The translations under genes were made by a program, and so were the position numbers. 64,000 nucleotides of DNA from the NCBI RefSeq assembly GCF_011386835.1, contig NC_088805.1, positions 28,892,001 through 28,956,000 of the forward strand, written 5' to 3'. Shown here piece by piece: positions 26,445-38,835 of this stretch. The notes below the pieces were generated by a model, which worked only from the letters and a program-made list of their open reading frames with translations, made no database searches and was not told the origin of the DNA. The stretch is from Chrysemys picta bellii (taxonomy: Eukaryota). Position 1 is the first letter of the stretch. Each line of letters begins with the position of its first letter.

Positions 26445-28518
26445 CAGTAACATATAGTGGTGTACAGTCATCCTTATCAAGATGATTAATATCAGAATCC
26501 AGTACTATTATGAAGCAATGCAGAGGCACTGTTTTCACCTATGCCTCACGTTGGACACATTTTCATGAAGTTATAGAGCATAGCTCCACAAGCTTAACCA
26601 TCAGGACGGATCTCAAATGTGAAAAATACAGTTACCCTTAAGGCAAATATATACTGGGGAAAAAACTGACTTCTAGTCACATGACTCCAATCTCATGCGC
26701 AGCCTCCGAACAAACTTTAAATGTATCAGGAGCATATTCCCTTATGTTATGTTTTGAGACAGACCGACAGAGATCAATTGATGCTCATGTGACTCCTTGC
26801 AGAAGAATCCCAATAATATGCCATGTTCCCTTACTTCACTGAAGGCGATCTGAGATCTTTGATAGCCTAGGTTAATTCAGAAAGCCACACGGAGAACATG
26901 AAGCAGTAATCTAAAAGCTAAATAAGTATACACAGGGCACTGAGATAAATAAAATAAAAAAAATAAGAGGCAAAACAAACAAGAAGTGAGTTAGCAAAGT
27001 TAATGAACAACTGAACATTCTGGAAAACCAGAGAAAAGCAAAGAATTCTGCAAGAGTTCCTAAAATAAAAAAGTGCTCTTATTTTTGATGAGTGTTAACA
27101 TGGAAGACAGTCCAATACATGGAGTGCGGCTACAAATGTTATTCTGCAGCATGGTAACAGACAGGACTGTGAAACATGCTTAGCATCTATTGTATATGGC
27201 ACTTCATATCACCAAAGCACGTCATGAACTATTCCCATGACACTTTGAGAGATAGTCAAGTCCACAATCAGTCCCATTTTATACCTGGTAAAACCGAGGC
27301 AAAGAGATTAAGTAATGAGTGGACTTAGGCAAATGAAGCCAGTAACAGCTGGAGATGTAACAGTTCCTGGCTAGTCTCATGCTGCCTCTCTGACCGGATG
27401 AGGACACAGAATCCTCACCAGGAGGCTAAAGTTTTAGCATTCAAATCCTTTTCTTTCCTGTTTTGAATCCTGTAATTGAGCAGCGAAGAATCTCAATGGC
27501 ATTTCTTTCTCTACATGGCAAAATTGCATGGTATGCAAAGGTGAGAGATATAGATACACATGTTCTGAGAAGCTTCAGATTAATATGTTCTTGAACAAGT
27601 TAGAGCTAGAGCTTGTCAGAGCTAGAGAGTGACTAGGGAGATTAGCACAAAATGTTTCATTTGCTCTTGTTTTCATGAGTAAGTAGGTTCTAAGTTGTTA
27701 GATGCATATTCTAATTATTGCCCCATAAGCATGACTGGGAGGTTCAGATTTTACTAAGCCAGTGTGCTTTATAGACCAATGATGTTCAAATTACTTGTCA
27801 AACTGAAACCAAGTTTACTTTTGCTTGAAGTAAATTGTGGTTTTAGCTTAAATGTTTTAAGAGTAACAACTCTGATGTGTATTGTCCCTGCCTACTACTG
27901 ACTTGAAAGCATTAAAACAAGCTACCACCACTGCACAGTTACATTTCTTTCCTTTGTTCACATTCTGCCTACTACCATTCCCCTGCTGACACAGTTGGTC
28001 TGGAAGGATGCCACCTCCACCATTACAACCCCCCAAAAGAACTTGATAGCTATTTCCCTTTGCTTTTTTATATTTTAGCCTGGTGGTACTAGCTCGGATT
28101 TACTGTCAAAGTACTGTGAACAAAACACTTCAGAATACTGCGGTTGGACTAGCAGAACCCACCCTCTTGAATTACCTTCTCTTAAGAGGGGAGCCAATCA
28201 GCCACATCTGAGCCAATTTAAACTACATGAGAGCTGGCATTGCTGGCATTTTAAATCAAGACAGCTTTTAGGATTACAGGAAATGCTGGAAGAGACTCAC
28301 ACTGCTGAGCCATACATGCAAGGTAGTGGGCAGCTGCTGAAGAGTGTACATGAGCCTGGTCTGAATCGAAGTACTCTGAAGTCTTCTATCTTTAAGCATT
28401 TAGGAATAGAAAGTTGCTTAATTGTCACCTATTACTGAAGTTCTGTTTCGCATATCAACGGCTGGATTTGCAGCCTTTTGATTCTACAAGCACAGTTTGT
28501 ACCCATACTCGGCAGGTA

Positions 28519-28712
28519 CACTGCTACCTCGATATAATGCGACCCTATAGAACACGAATTCGGATAGAACGCGGTAAAGCAGTGCTCCGGGGGGGGGGGG
28601 GGGGGGCTGCACACTCCGGTGGATCAAAGCAAGTTCAATATGACGCGGTTTCACGTATAATGCGGTAAGATTTTTTGGCTCCCGAGGACAGCGTTATATC
28701 AAGGTAGAGGTG
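28519..28712. mobile_element. Intact Tc1/mariner-type MITE, same family as the interrupted copy
   Basis: TA on both flanks, imperfect TIRs, shared internal sequence. Confidence 0.88.
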
Positions 28713-31029
28713 TACTTGTGACAAAGGCTATGAATAAGTACAAATAGCTTCATATTTATTTCCTAGTGCATATTCATTTACAGAAGCTAAAAAGGGAAGC
28801 AGCCTCATTGCCTTGAGCTGCCCATTTAGCTTTATTCATCAAGCAGCCCACAGAGTAAGGCCCTAATCCTGCAATGGGATGCCCTAGCCCCAGCCCTTTC
28901 ACCTATGGAGTTCTACTGTAGCCAACAGGAGTCCGCATAGACACAGAAGACCACACAAGCTCATACAGACACAGGTTAAGGCCCATACAGCCTTTTTAAA
29001 AATAAACTGGTAATGAGCCCACTGCAACCAACCTCTTGCCTTTCTTCCCCACTTCAAATTTCTGTAATCTGCAGGCATTCCTCTCCACTGCACAGTCTAA
29101 GACTCAATCATTTTTCCCCTAGCTGCCATGGTCTATTAGAAGATGCAGGATACTAGAATTATTGGGCACTAGTAGTGTACTAGAAAAGAGTTATTTTAAC
29201 AAGTGATCTACTGGCATCACAGGGAAAGTCAGTAGGGAAAGGAAATTGTTATTTGCCAGTGGAGCAGATGGGCTTTTACCAGATAAATTGGAGAGAACCC
29301 TGTAGATGGAAAAAGAGAATATGGTAAGTCTACTCGGACTCTAGCTTTTGCTACTTGTCTAGGCCTTAAAGACTCCACTTATCAAACACCACATCTGCCA
29401 ATGGCAAAGCATTCAGCCAAGGTGACAGTTTCAGGTGGCTCTTTCACTAAGGATTCCCCATTTCCAGGCAAGAAACTTGCATGGCTCCTGCAGAAAGCCT
29501 TGAACAGGACCGGAAATGAACTGAGCTGTCCCATTCTTCCACCTCCAATATCAGCTTGGAGTTGAGTTAGTTTCTGTCCTATCCACTTTGACAGGAAGAA
29601 TCTTCTGTTGGATGACTGGTTTATGACATAGCAGATTTAGGGATAATAGCAAAAGTCTCTTCACCATTCTGAGATCTGTGGACCATGGTCTTCCAGGCTA
29701 CTCCCAGGCTCAAAACCATTGTTTAACTGCACTTCCAGATCACAAAACTCCACAGCAGCAAAACAGAATATGCATGTACAGAGAGAAAAATCCACAGGAT
29801 TGAAGAGGAGACTGGCTTTTACTGAATCAGGATACGGCTACAGAATTTTAGAACTAATACCCCATGACGGGAACATTTGTCTGAAGCACTCCCCAGAAAG
29901 CTATTTGACCCTGAGCATTTTTTTAGACACTACTCTGCTACATGCAAAGGCTTCCAGCTGAGCCTGTCCTGCAACATAGCAGAGATGTCACCTGAATGAA
30001 AGGGCCATTTCTTTAAAAACTGAGCTGCCTTTCACATGCTACTCTGGCCAGACTGTCCACTGACTAATTACTTCACAGCAGAGCTCTCAAGAGCCAGGCA
30101 GAGCTTTACAAACTTTGTTGGCTTCTGGACACGTTCTTTTGAAATCTACAGAATTTAGTTGGCTGTATTTTACATCACACATAGTGTTGTCAAAATTAAC
30201 TAGGCACTACAATGTATCAATTTCCAGTACAAATACTGAAGGAGAACATAGCTCCACCAAGAAACTCTTATAACATGAACCGTTAGCTTTCACTATGAAA
30301 GGAAAGTGCCTGTCTGACACTATAAACCAAGAAAAACCTGAAGTTATTTTTAAAAAACAGATGGCCCATAATTCCTGTATGTTCATAAGCATGCATTACT
30401 CCCTGGGAGTCTATATTTATTATTCATCTACTTATTTCTCAAAGGAGTCTCCTATTTCTTTTAAATTTTCAAGTGTGATCAGAAGGTTCACTTACTCCTA
30501 CAAATACCATCCTGGTACTATTCCTTCTGAGACACCATTGAGAGGATATGAATATTCCACTACAGATCATCATGCATTGCAGCCATCTCTGATCTACCCT
30601 GCTCCAAATCTCTATAGGTTCATCAAAGTTCTCAGAGGTAAACTTTGATCTCCAAGTAGCTGAATCTAGTATTTCCAAAGTTTCTTTATTCTCAAAGAGA
30701 TTCCATCCAATAACCACATGTAGCAGGTGACGTTTTAGTCTGAGGCAGCTGCTCCTCCTAGAATACTTCCTATCAATGAAAGATACCTGGAAGGAGATCG
30801 GGTGGGAGAGAAGTAACAGAATCTACACCTCTCTGCTTACTGCAAGGGTCTGGATTATTAGCCCAACTCTCATTTATGCTAAGGCCATTTTAAACTGATC
30901 TGGAAGAATTTGCACTTAAGTTCTGTACTTCACTGCCCCTTGTGCTTGGACTGTGTACCTTCCCCTAAAAAGGTAGGGTCTTTCAAAAGCCTGGAATCAG
31001 CAAGGCTCTATTTTCAGGATTAACATTAA

Positions 31030-31226
31030 TATGGAGATATACCTATCTCATAGAACTGGAAGGGACCTTGAAAGGTCATCGAGTCCAGTCCCCTGCCTTC
31101 ACAGCAGGACCAAGTACTGTCCCTGACAGATTTTTGCCCCAAATCCCTAAATGGCCCCCTCAAGGCTTGAACTCACAACCCTGGGTTTAGCAGGCCAATG
31201 CTCAAACCACTGAGCTATCCCTCCCC
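31030..31226 (-). mobile_element. Tortoise PolIII/SINE, second copy
   Basis: Highly similar to 7567-7749. Confidence 0.9.
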
Positions 31227-32510
31227 GCATGGCAGGTCAGAGGGCATTAAAGCAGATCCTCCTGTTATGTTTCTTCTACATCACAGATGTGTAGAAATCC
31301 CATGTCTGGATGGTCTCTTCAGCAATAAATCCCAGGCTGTTGTGGCACAAACATCTAACCTACCAGTGGTACTTGTTGAGGCCTGCCAATGTATAAGCTC
31401 CGCAGGTGGTGCACTTTTGGTTTTGTTTCACTGCACAAAAAGGAATAGATTGTCTTTCTTCTTTCGTGGTCCAGCAAAGTGGGGACTTGTTAAGCAAACA
31501 AAGGAGACCATAGAGATTTGCTATAAACAGAGAAAAACCCTTCAAAAGAAGCAGAGCTGCCTGACCTGTGAACATCTTAGACACCAAAAAATAACTACAG
31601 TCTTGGAGGCTGCACAGTAGAAAGAGAAGAAAGAAAAAAGACTCAAAAAGTCTATGTGACTGGCTGTCAGATGCCTGATATGCTATAAAATTATTAACCC
31701 TTTCTGGCAGTTACAAACCAAACCATGGCTTGAAATATTAAGGTCATTTTTGTCTCAGGTCCCACTGGATTCTTTTATATTTTTTAAAGTCTGAACTATA
31801 AAGCTGTATGCAGTTGATAAGAAATAAAAGTGAGTTATTTATATAAAGAGGTGGGTCCTTCCTAAGAGAAACTCATAATTTGAGCTTTTTACTCTCCACC
31901 TTTTTTGCAATAGTTTTTAGGATTTTGAAAAGAGACTTCTTTCTAAGCAAGCATGTTCAGAGACAAATCCTAATTTTTGACTAAGGGGACTTCACATACC
32001 ACATTACTTTTGGAAGAATGCAATACATTTAAAAGTATTTATGAATTTATGGATTCTCATGTAACATTAAAGTGCCTAAAACAAATGCAAACAAACCATC
32101 CACATTTGTAAGAAAATTTAGCAATTTCTGTGAATAAATTACCTCATTTTCTAGAGAACTAGTAACATCACATTTGTTAATACTTCCGGAAGTTAACTTT
32201 TCAGACAACATAAAATTACAGGCAATGTTTAGCCAAATTTTTAAATCTGAGTGCCTAAAGTTAGGCTTCAACATATATATATTTAAGCACCTAAATAAAA
32301 GTAGACTGATTTCAAAACGGTGCAGAGCATCTGCACCTCCTATTGACTTTAATGAGATCTTCAGGTACTCAGCATTTCTGAAGAGTCTTATTCAGGTGCT
32401 TACATTTGGTTTTCAGAGCCTAACCCAAAGCATCAAGATTTAAAATGTTTACCTTTATGATGTAAAGCTATACCCAATTTTAAAAAGCCATTTAAAATAC
32501 AGAAACATAC

Positions 32511-32661
32511 CTCTCCTTGCATAATTGGTGTCCATATCTTTAAACTGCACCATAACAAAATCTGAAGACTTGAACAAGATACTCTCTAATATGTCTTCCC
32601 GTTTTGGCCCCAGACTGGATTCTGCAGGTTTTCGATGAGCAGCATCAAGCACTAAATCACA
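32511..32661 (-). CDS. ATXN2: Ataxin-2 exon 5: CDLVLDAAHRK...ESILFKSSDFVMVQFKDMDTNYARR (LSm)
   Basis: 151 nt, AG/GT; overlaps ORF 32455..32652. Confidence 0.97.
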
Positions 32662-32972
32662 CTAACATTAAAAATACAAGTGAGTTTGATTCTAAATATT
32701 TAATTTAATAATAAATATTCTGACTATTGAACAATTAACTACTTGTTAACAACCTACACAACAAGATTTGCCACAAGTATTAGGCATATTTCAAATAGTG
32801 AATAACTTCATGAAAATGAAGCTGTTTGTGGGCAATTCCCAAACAGAAAGAGTCTAGATCTGAATGAACTTATTAAGAATTATTTGCTTTACTCTACTAC
32901 TGAGTAGTAAAATCAGTGGAGCTTTGCAGAAAACTGATCAGAAAAAAAAAAAAACAAGCAAAAAAAAGTTAC

Positions 32973-33044
32973 CTTAGGACTGTAGGTTTTAAAAACTCCT
33001 TCATATACACCTCCGTTTTTCACTTGTACTTCACATTTGGATCC
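32973..33044 (-). CDS. ATXN2: Ataxin-2 exon 4: GSKCEVQVKNGGVYEGVFKTYSPK (LSm)
   Basis: 72 nt, AG/GT, Sm1-like motif. Confidence 0.97.
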
Positions 33045-33825
33045 CTAAAATGTAAGGCAAAAAAAAAAAAATCAAAGATGCTCTCTCACTCTGGCATAAA
33101 GACTGTCAAGTTACATTTGAATGCTTTCTTCTACACTTGTGTCTTTATGTATTTAATGTGAAGGGCTCAATTTTTAGCCAGGCCTCTACCCAATCACCAT
33201 TTCCATACGTTCACAAACATGCGCCTATGCTTTGCAGATGCAAACACCTGTGTGCACTCAAGAGTTTGTCTTAATGGGGTTTGAAGTTGTCAATTCAAAC
33301 ATTTATGGCACACAAGTGTTACAATTGTTCAAGTGCACATGCAAGTTTTTGCAAGAGCAAAGTGTGCGCACATATACATGCATGCAAGGGGAGGGTGGAG
33401 GCTAAAAGCTTACCCAAAGTATCTAGCAGCAAGAATGTGGGATTGCCTGGGTGATTCACTTCTTACTTTCACCGTGCCAGCATTTTCCTTAAAACATAAC
33501 TTTTTTGGTGTGCTGTATTCAAACTTAATGATTTTTAAACTTCCATTTGTTTCACTCATTCAAAATCTATCCTAAGATGGCAATGTCAAAAGAAGTAGGG
33601 TTGTGGGAAGAAACATACCATACCCATCACAAGCAACTTGCAACTTTCTAAACTAAGAAAAACAGAACAGTCACCACTGTGGTTCCTCATGGTTAAATCT
33701 TGGTACAAGATATCCCTTGTTCTAATTTCAAGGCTCTCAATTACGCTGTGGTTAGTTTAATATTATAATTAATTCTGTATCAACATCTCTAGAGATGTTT
33801 ACTCTCCCGTCATATGACGACTTAC

Positions 33826-33885
33826 AACAACTGATGTAAGTATGTGAACCATTCTCATGTTTGCATAGATGCCATCAAAAGAAAT
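33826..33885 (-). CDS. ATXN2: Ataxin-2 exon 3: ISFDGIYANMRMVHILTSVV (LSm domain start)
   Basis: 60 nt, canonical AG/GT, peptide matches recalled human ATXN2. Confidence 0.97.
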
Positions 33886-34524
33886 CTGAAAGATAAAAAG
33901 CTTGTATCAGAAAGCAAAAAAGCAGAACTATTCACCACAACAATTCAAATGAGATAATGGAAGAACTGCCAGCTTCAAATATTACAACATTGAACATACC
34001 AGTTTGTAAGAGCGTGTGGTTCAAATACCTTCCTCAGGGCTTGCCAACATAAATTTAGTTAGCATCAACCTGGAGTGTGAATCTACTAGCCTGCTGCACA
34101 CTGCTGACATGCACTAACAGTTCCTCAGTGCACTCTGATCTACTCCTGTTCCAAAGCAGGGTAGGTCAAAGTGCACTAAGGAACTGTTAGTGTGTGGCAG
34201 GCTAGCATGGGGCAGATTTACACCTCAGCTTCATGCGAACTACATACTCCTGTAGACAAGGGTAAAACACAAAATTCATTAATTCACAGGTCACTAGTTG
34301 ACTCAATGCCAACAAAGGAATTAAGCCATCCAAAAAAACTCAAATCCTCCCAAACATGCCCTACTATCATTGCCCTCCAGTTTAAGACTACAGGCTGTTG
34401 GTGCAAATACCTCAACGGCCACCCAAGAAAGAGAGCTGCTTTAGCTAAAAGCCTGTTGATAAATCTTCTCTCCCCCCCCTCCCCCTTCACCCCCATTTCA
34501 GGGACTAACTAACAGACCCAGGTT

Positions 34525-34647
34525 TAGGGTGACCAGATAGAAAGTGTGAAAAATCAGGATGGGGATGGGGCGTAATAGGCTCCTATACAAGTAAAAGCCC
34601 CGAATATCAGGACTGTCCCTATAAAATCAGGATATCTGGTCACCCTA
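34525..34647. mobile_element. Short MITE with TAGGGTGACCAGAT TIRs (hAT-like)
   Basis: Clear TIRs; TSD degenerate. Confidence 0.7.
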
Positions 34648-36071
34648 CCCCAGTCATATTAGCAGCAGTTAAAAGTATCAAAATTACAAATTGCCAAGAC
34701 AACCACAGAACATATTCTAAATAAACCAAGACTAGATTTACAATCATATCAAAATCTAAGATCCTAGGCTAGGCAACCCCACCAAATATCAAGCATGATG
34801 CTAGATTTGTTGGATTTGCACTTGCATACATTAAGTGATGAGAATGTGCGCATGGTGCGACATCTCTCCTCTCTCCCTGCCAGCTTCATTCTTGTGAGCC
34901 AACGGATGCTGAAACAGATGAATACCCCATCATATTTTGAGCCTGTCAATTGACAGCATCTCTTTTAGGCTGTGTCAAACTGTTTAGCTTAGTCCAGTTA
35001 TGCTTATGTATTGAAGTACATGTTTTGTGACATCACCCATTGTTCTTAGAAACCGTCTTTAGAGGTACATACTTCAATATTTGTTAGTGTGGGTGATTTA
35101 AAGACAAACAAAATATTTTGTTTAGCTTTAGCCTCTCAGATAAAGTATATGACATTTGAAGGGACAAGGGAAAATTGTGTGCTTTACTGTTATTATAAAG
35201 ACACTTTTCTATCTGTAAAAATGATGCACCAGGTATAGCAATTTCAAGTCACCCTCTCCCCCTACAAAAAAAATTAAACATTTTAATTGCCCTTAAAAAC
35301 TAGCACCATATCAAGGTTACACACATACATGCTTTTAGGGAAGGGCTTATCAAAGGTGTCTGAAGCAAGGTTTAACATCATTTTTGTTTCGCTAGAACTC
35401 CAAATGTGTAAAACTATATAACTATGCTAATTTGTAGAACATTTTTCAGAGCTATATGGAATTTGAAATAACCAAAACTAAACTGCCAGTTTAAGAGACA
35501 ATTAGCCCAACCTTATCAATAGTGCTAAAACATTTGTTGCTTTTGTTCAAGTCAGTGATGTCTTATACTAGCTTTAGACTTCTCTACTTAAGGGAAGGAC
35601 TAATATTACAGGCCTCAAATAGGAACAAATATGTAGCCATTGCCACGAGTAACACCTATATATGTACTACTATGCACGTGTATGGTACAGTTGCCAAGAA
35701 TATATAGAAAATTGATTTACACAGACACAGTTCTATATTTTGTAGGTAAGTGCTGTGTTTGGGAGACTACTAGTATTAAATGAATGCAAGGCCCTGAATT
35801 TCAAGAGAGTCACTCAATGTTTGACCAAGTGTTTCCTAACAGTGTCTGTGAAAATGGCTAGAATATCAAAAAAGGTATTAAAACCAAGAGAGCTTTGATA
35901 ATTAAGACAGTTTACTGTCTGCTATTCTCAAATTACCTATCTACACTGAACCGAAATTAGAGATTTAAGTTTATTTCCCTGAAACAAGAATTGAAATTTT
36001 CAAGTTATTAGATATTAAATTTCCATGCAAATCAAGACAGTACTATGAGAAACAATGAAATATGTACTTAC

Positions 36072-36108
36072 TGCAGGCGGAGGCGGCCCTTTGCCACTGC
36101 TGCGACCT
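36072..36108 (-). CDS. ATXN2: Ataxin-2 exon 2: (R)GRSSGKGPPPPA
   Basis: 37 nt, tttcag acceptor and gtaagt donor; phase matches exon 1. Confidence 0.9.
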
Positions 36109-37389
36109 CTGAAATTATTAAATATGTATCAGATTCAATAAAAATGAGACAATAAGATTGCTGAAATTAGACATCTCTTGAACTCAAGTATTCAGGGAAA
36201 CTGGTTGAGTACAGAAAACCTACCCAGATTACTGGTGCTGAAGAGAAAAACCAATCTCAAAAAGCAAGAAGCGTTTTATCCCAATAAAGTTTCCCTTACA
36301 TCTTTTTTAAAAAGAACAAAAGCAGAGATAAATGTTAAAGCTCCTGTAACATTTTCCTCTATCAAGAGGAAACCAAATTTAGAATCATTTTACTAATCTT
36401 AAAAAGATACCATTTCTACATCTACAACAGGCCAAGGAACATAGCCAAGGAACACTTCTAAAGCAATTTCACTTTAAAGATGTGTTACCTCTTAAATACT
36501 AGCCCTTTTCATACTAAAGTTATCATGTATTTATGACCAAGTGCTATGTGTCACGAAGGTAATTACCTGATGTTTCAAGTTATAGAGTCAAGTACCACTG
36601 CAGAGTCATAACTGAGAACACTAATGTGTATGTCCAGAAAGAGAAGTGGCAACTTTATAAGCAAATAAGTGTGAATTATAGCATCTTTATTCTACTAAAA
36701 GGTGCTGATACCATAGTACTTTAGAATAAAGCATATCAATATTACAGATATTACAAATATATCTAAAATTGTAAAAAAGTTTTCGTATTTAATAAATTTT
36801 ATTTTGAAACAGTATGATCGCAAAATGCATATGTTCTGGTTTCATGTTAAGCCATAACTTTCGCATTTCTGACTTCAGACTTAATTTCATAAACTTAAGG
36901 TTACATAATATATGATTTTTTGCATTTTAATTTGATCATCTTGTCTCCTCCCTTCCCAAAGAAAAATTCTGGGCGCGATTTAGATTAGAGGAATTTGAAA
37001 GGCACCTTCTTTCTGTGGCAATCCCAAACTCAAAAAGGGTTCTTCGTTCTCAAGTACATACAGCTTTCAATCCTGAATCTATTTCTGCACTGAAAACTGT
37101 ATGAGGTGAGATATAAACTATGAAGACACTGTCAGTAGTAAAATAAACTGGTACGCCTAACATTAATAGTGCAAAATACGAGTTTCTAAAATGTTAGCAT
37201 TTGTTTTTCCATAAATAAAAAAGGATCTGAATAGCCATTCTGAAAATCTGGTACCTCAATATTGGGCAGTTCATTGTATAAGCGTCAGAAAGCAATTTGA
37301 TATACTTAAAAATTAGAGACTTTTTCACCCTTCCAAAACTAAAACAAAATCCAGAACAGCTGACCATTTTTTCTTCAAACATTTACTAC

Positions 37390-37420
<31 letters not shown>

Positions 37421-37775
37421 CAACGTCAGCTACAGAAAATGTCAGGCCCAAAACTAAAGCTTAAGCAACTCAAAACAAGGGATTCTGGAAGGGTCTCATA
37501 TCTGTAGCGTACACTGCCAGGCACCTGCTGTAAGAGAGAATCTGTGTTGCTTTAGACCTGCACAGCAGTAATAAGCACCTCTATAGTGCTTTTGAATTAC
37601 ACTCAAATTACTTTACAAAGTGCTATAAAGCAAAAGATGTTCATATGTAGGAAGAGATCTACATTTCCAACATTAAGAAAATAGTTGACTAAATATTAGC
37701 ACTTCTGAGTCCACGTGTTTACCTTTTATAGAGCTGCATAAAAAAATGGGAAAGAATTTGCAACTATCTGAATAA

Positions 37776-38238
37776 GGACTTGTCTACATAGGGAATCTGG
37801 CTGGAATAGCTATTCTGCAATAACTCCTCATGTTGACACTCCTAAAGCTTGTCTATGCTACAGGGACTACAGTGGCCTATAGCACTGCTATTATGCCACC
37901 ATAACCCCATAGTATAGATGCAGCCTACAGTGACAGAAGGGTTTTCCATTGCTTTAGGTATCCACCTCCCCGAGTGGTGGTAGCAAGGCTGATGGAAGAA
38001 TTCTTCTATCAATCTAGTTGCATCTACACCAGGGGTTAGGTCACCATAGCTATAGCACTCAGGAGTATGAATTTTTCACATCTGAGTGATGTAGCTATGC
38101 CAATCTAAATTTAAGTGTAGACCAGGCCTTATTCTAGAATAAGGGTGTCCATGCAGGGAGTTATTCCAGAATAGCTGTGGCACTTTAAAATTCAAACCCT
38201 GTCTTCTTCCAGAATAACTTCCCCATGTAGACAAATCT
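37776..38238. mobile_element. Harbinger/PIF-like MITE containing a nested copy at 37845-38128
   Basis: Outer TIRs with TAA/TAA TSD; inner TIRs with cta/tta TSD. Confidence 0.8.
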
Positions 38239-38668
38239 TAAATTCCTAGTGCCAATTTAGAGGTACCAGCATACAAATAATTTTCCAACTGTCTTATGTA
38301 TTCCATATTTGGCATATTTTAACATTTGAAGAATGAGATCTTCTGCATCGGAATATATTGTGTAAGTTGTATAAATATATCTTTCTGAATTATATTAATA
38401 GTCCCTTCTGGCCTTGAAGTCTATGTTAGATCAATTGCACATATAACCACACAAAAAGCACAAATACTGGTGATCCTACAAGTAAGTGATATACTAAATG
38501 GAATGGTAACTGCTCATGAGTAGCCCTACAGGTTCATCACGGTGATAAAATGTCACAGATTCAGTTTTTTTCCATCTGTCCAAGACTTCTCTTTGTATTA
38601 ACAAGAAGAAGGGGAACAGGAAGACTCTGAACTGTCGGCTGTCCTGTTTAAAATATAAGCTTCTTGAG

Positions 38669-38835
38669 CAGTGGTTCTCAACCCACGGCCTGCTGTGGCC
38701 CAATCAGCACACAGCTGCAGCCCATGTGACATCCTCAGGACCATACAGGTAATATATCTATTGTGTGGATGCAGCCCACATAGCACAGAGAGCTCCATAT
38801 GCGGCCCACAGTGGTAAATAGGTTGAGAACCACTG
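38669..38835. mobile_element. hAT MITE
   Basis: TIRs CAGTGGTTCTCAACC / GGTTGAGAACCACTG; TSD ttcttgag/ttcttgaa. Confidence 0.88.

Noticed and set aside
29200-31600. Possible second, older retrotransposon (DIRS-like) remnant
   Set aside because: Only faint, frame-broken resemblance by eye; needs tBLASTn or an HMM search to support.
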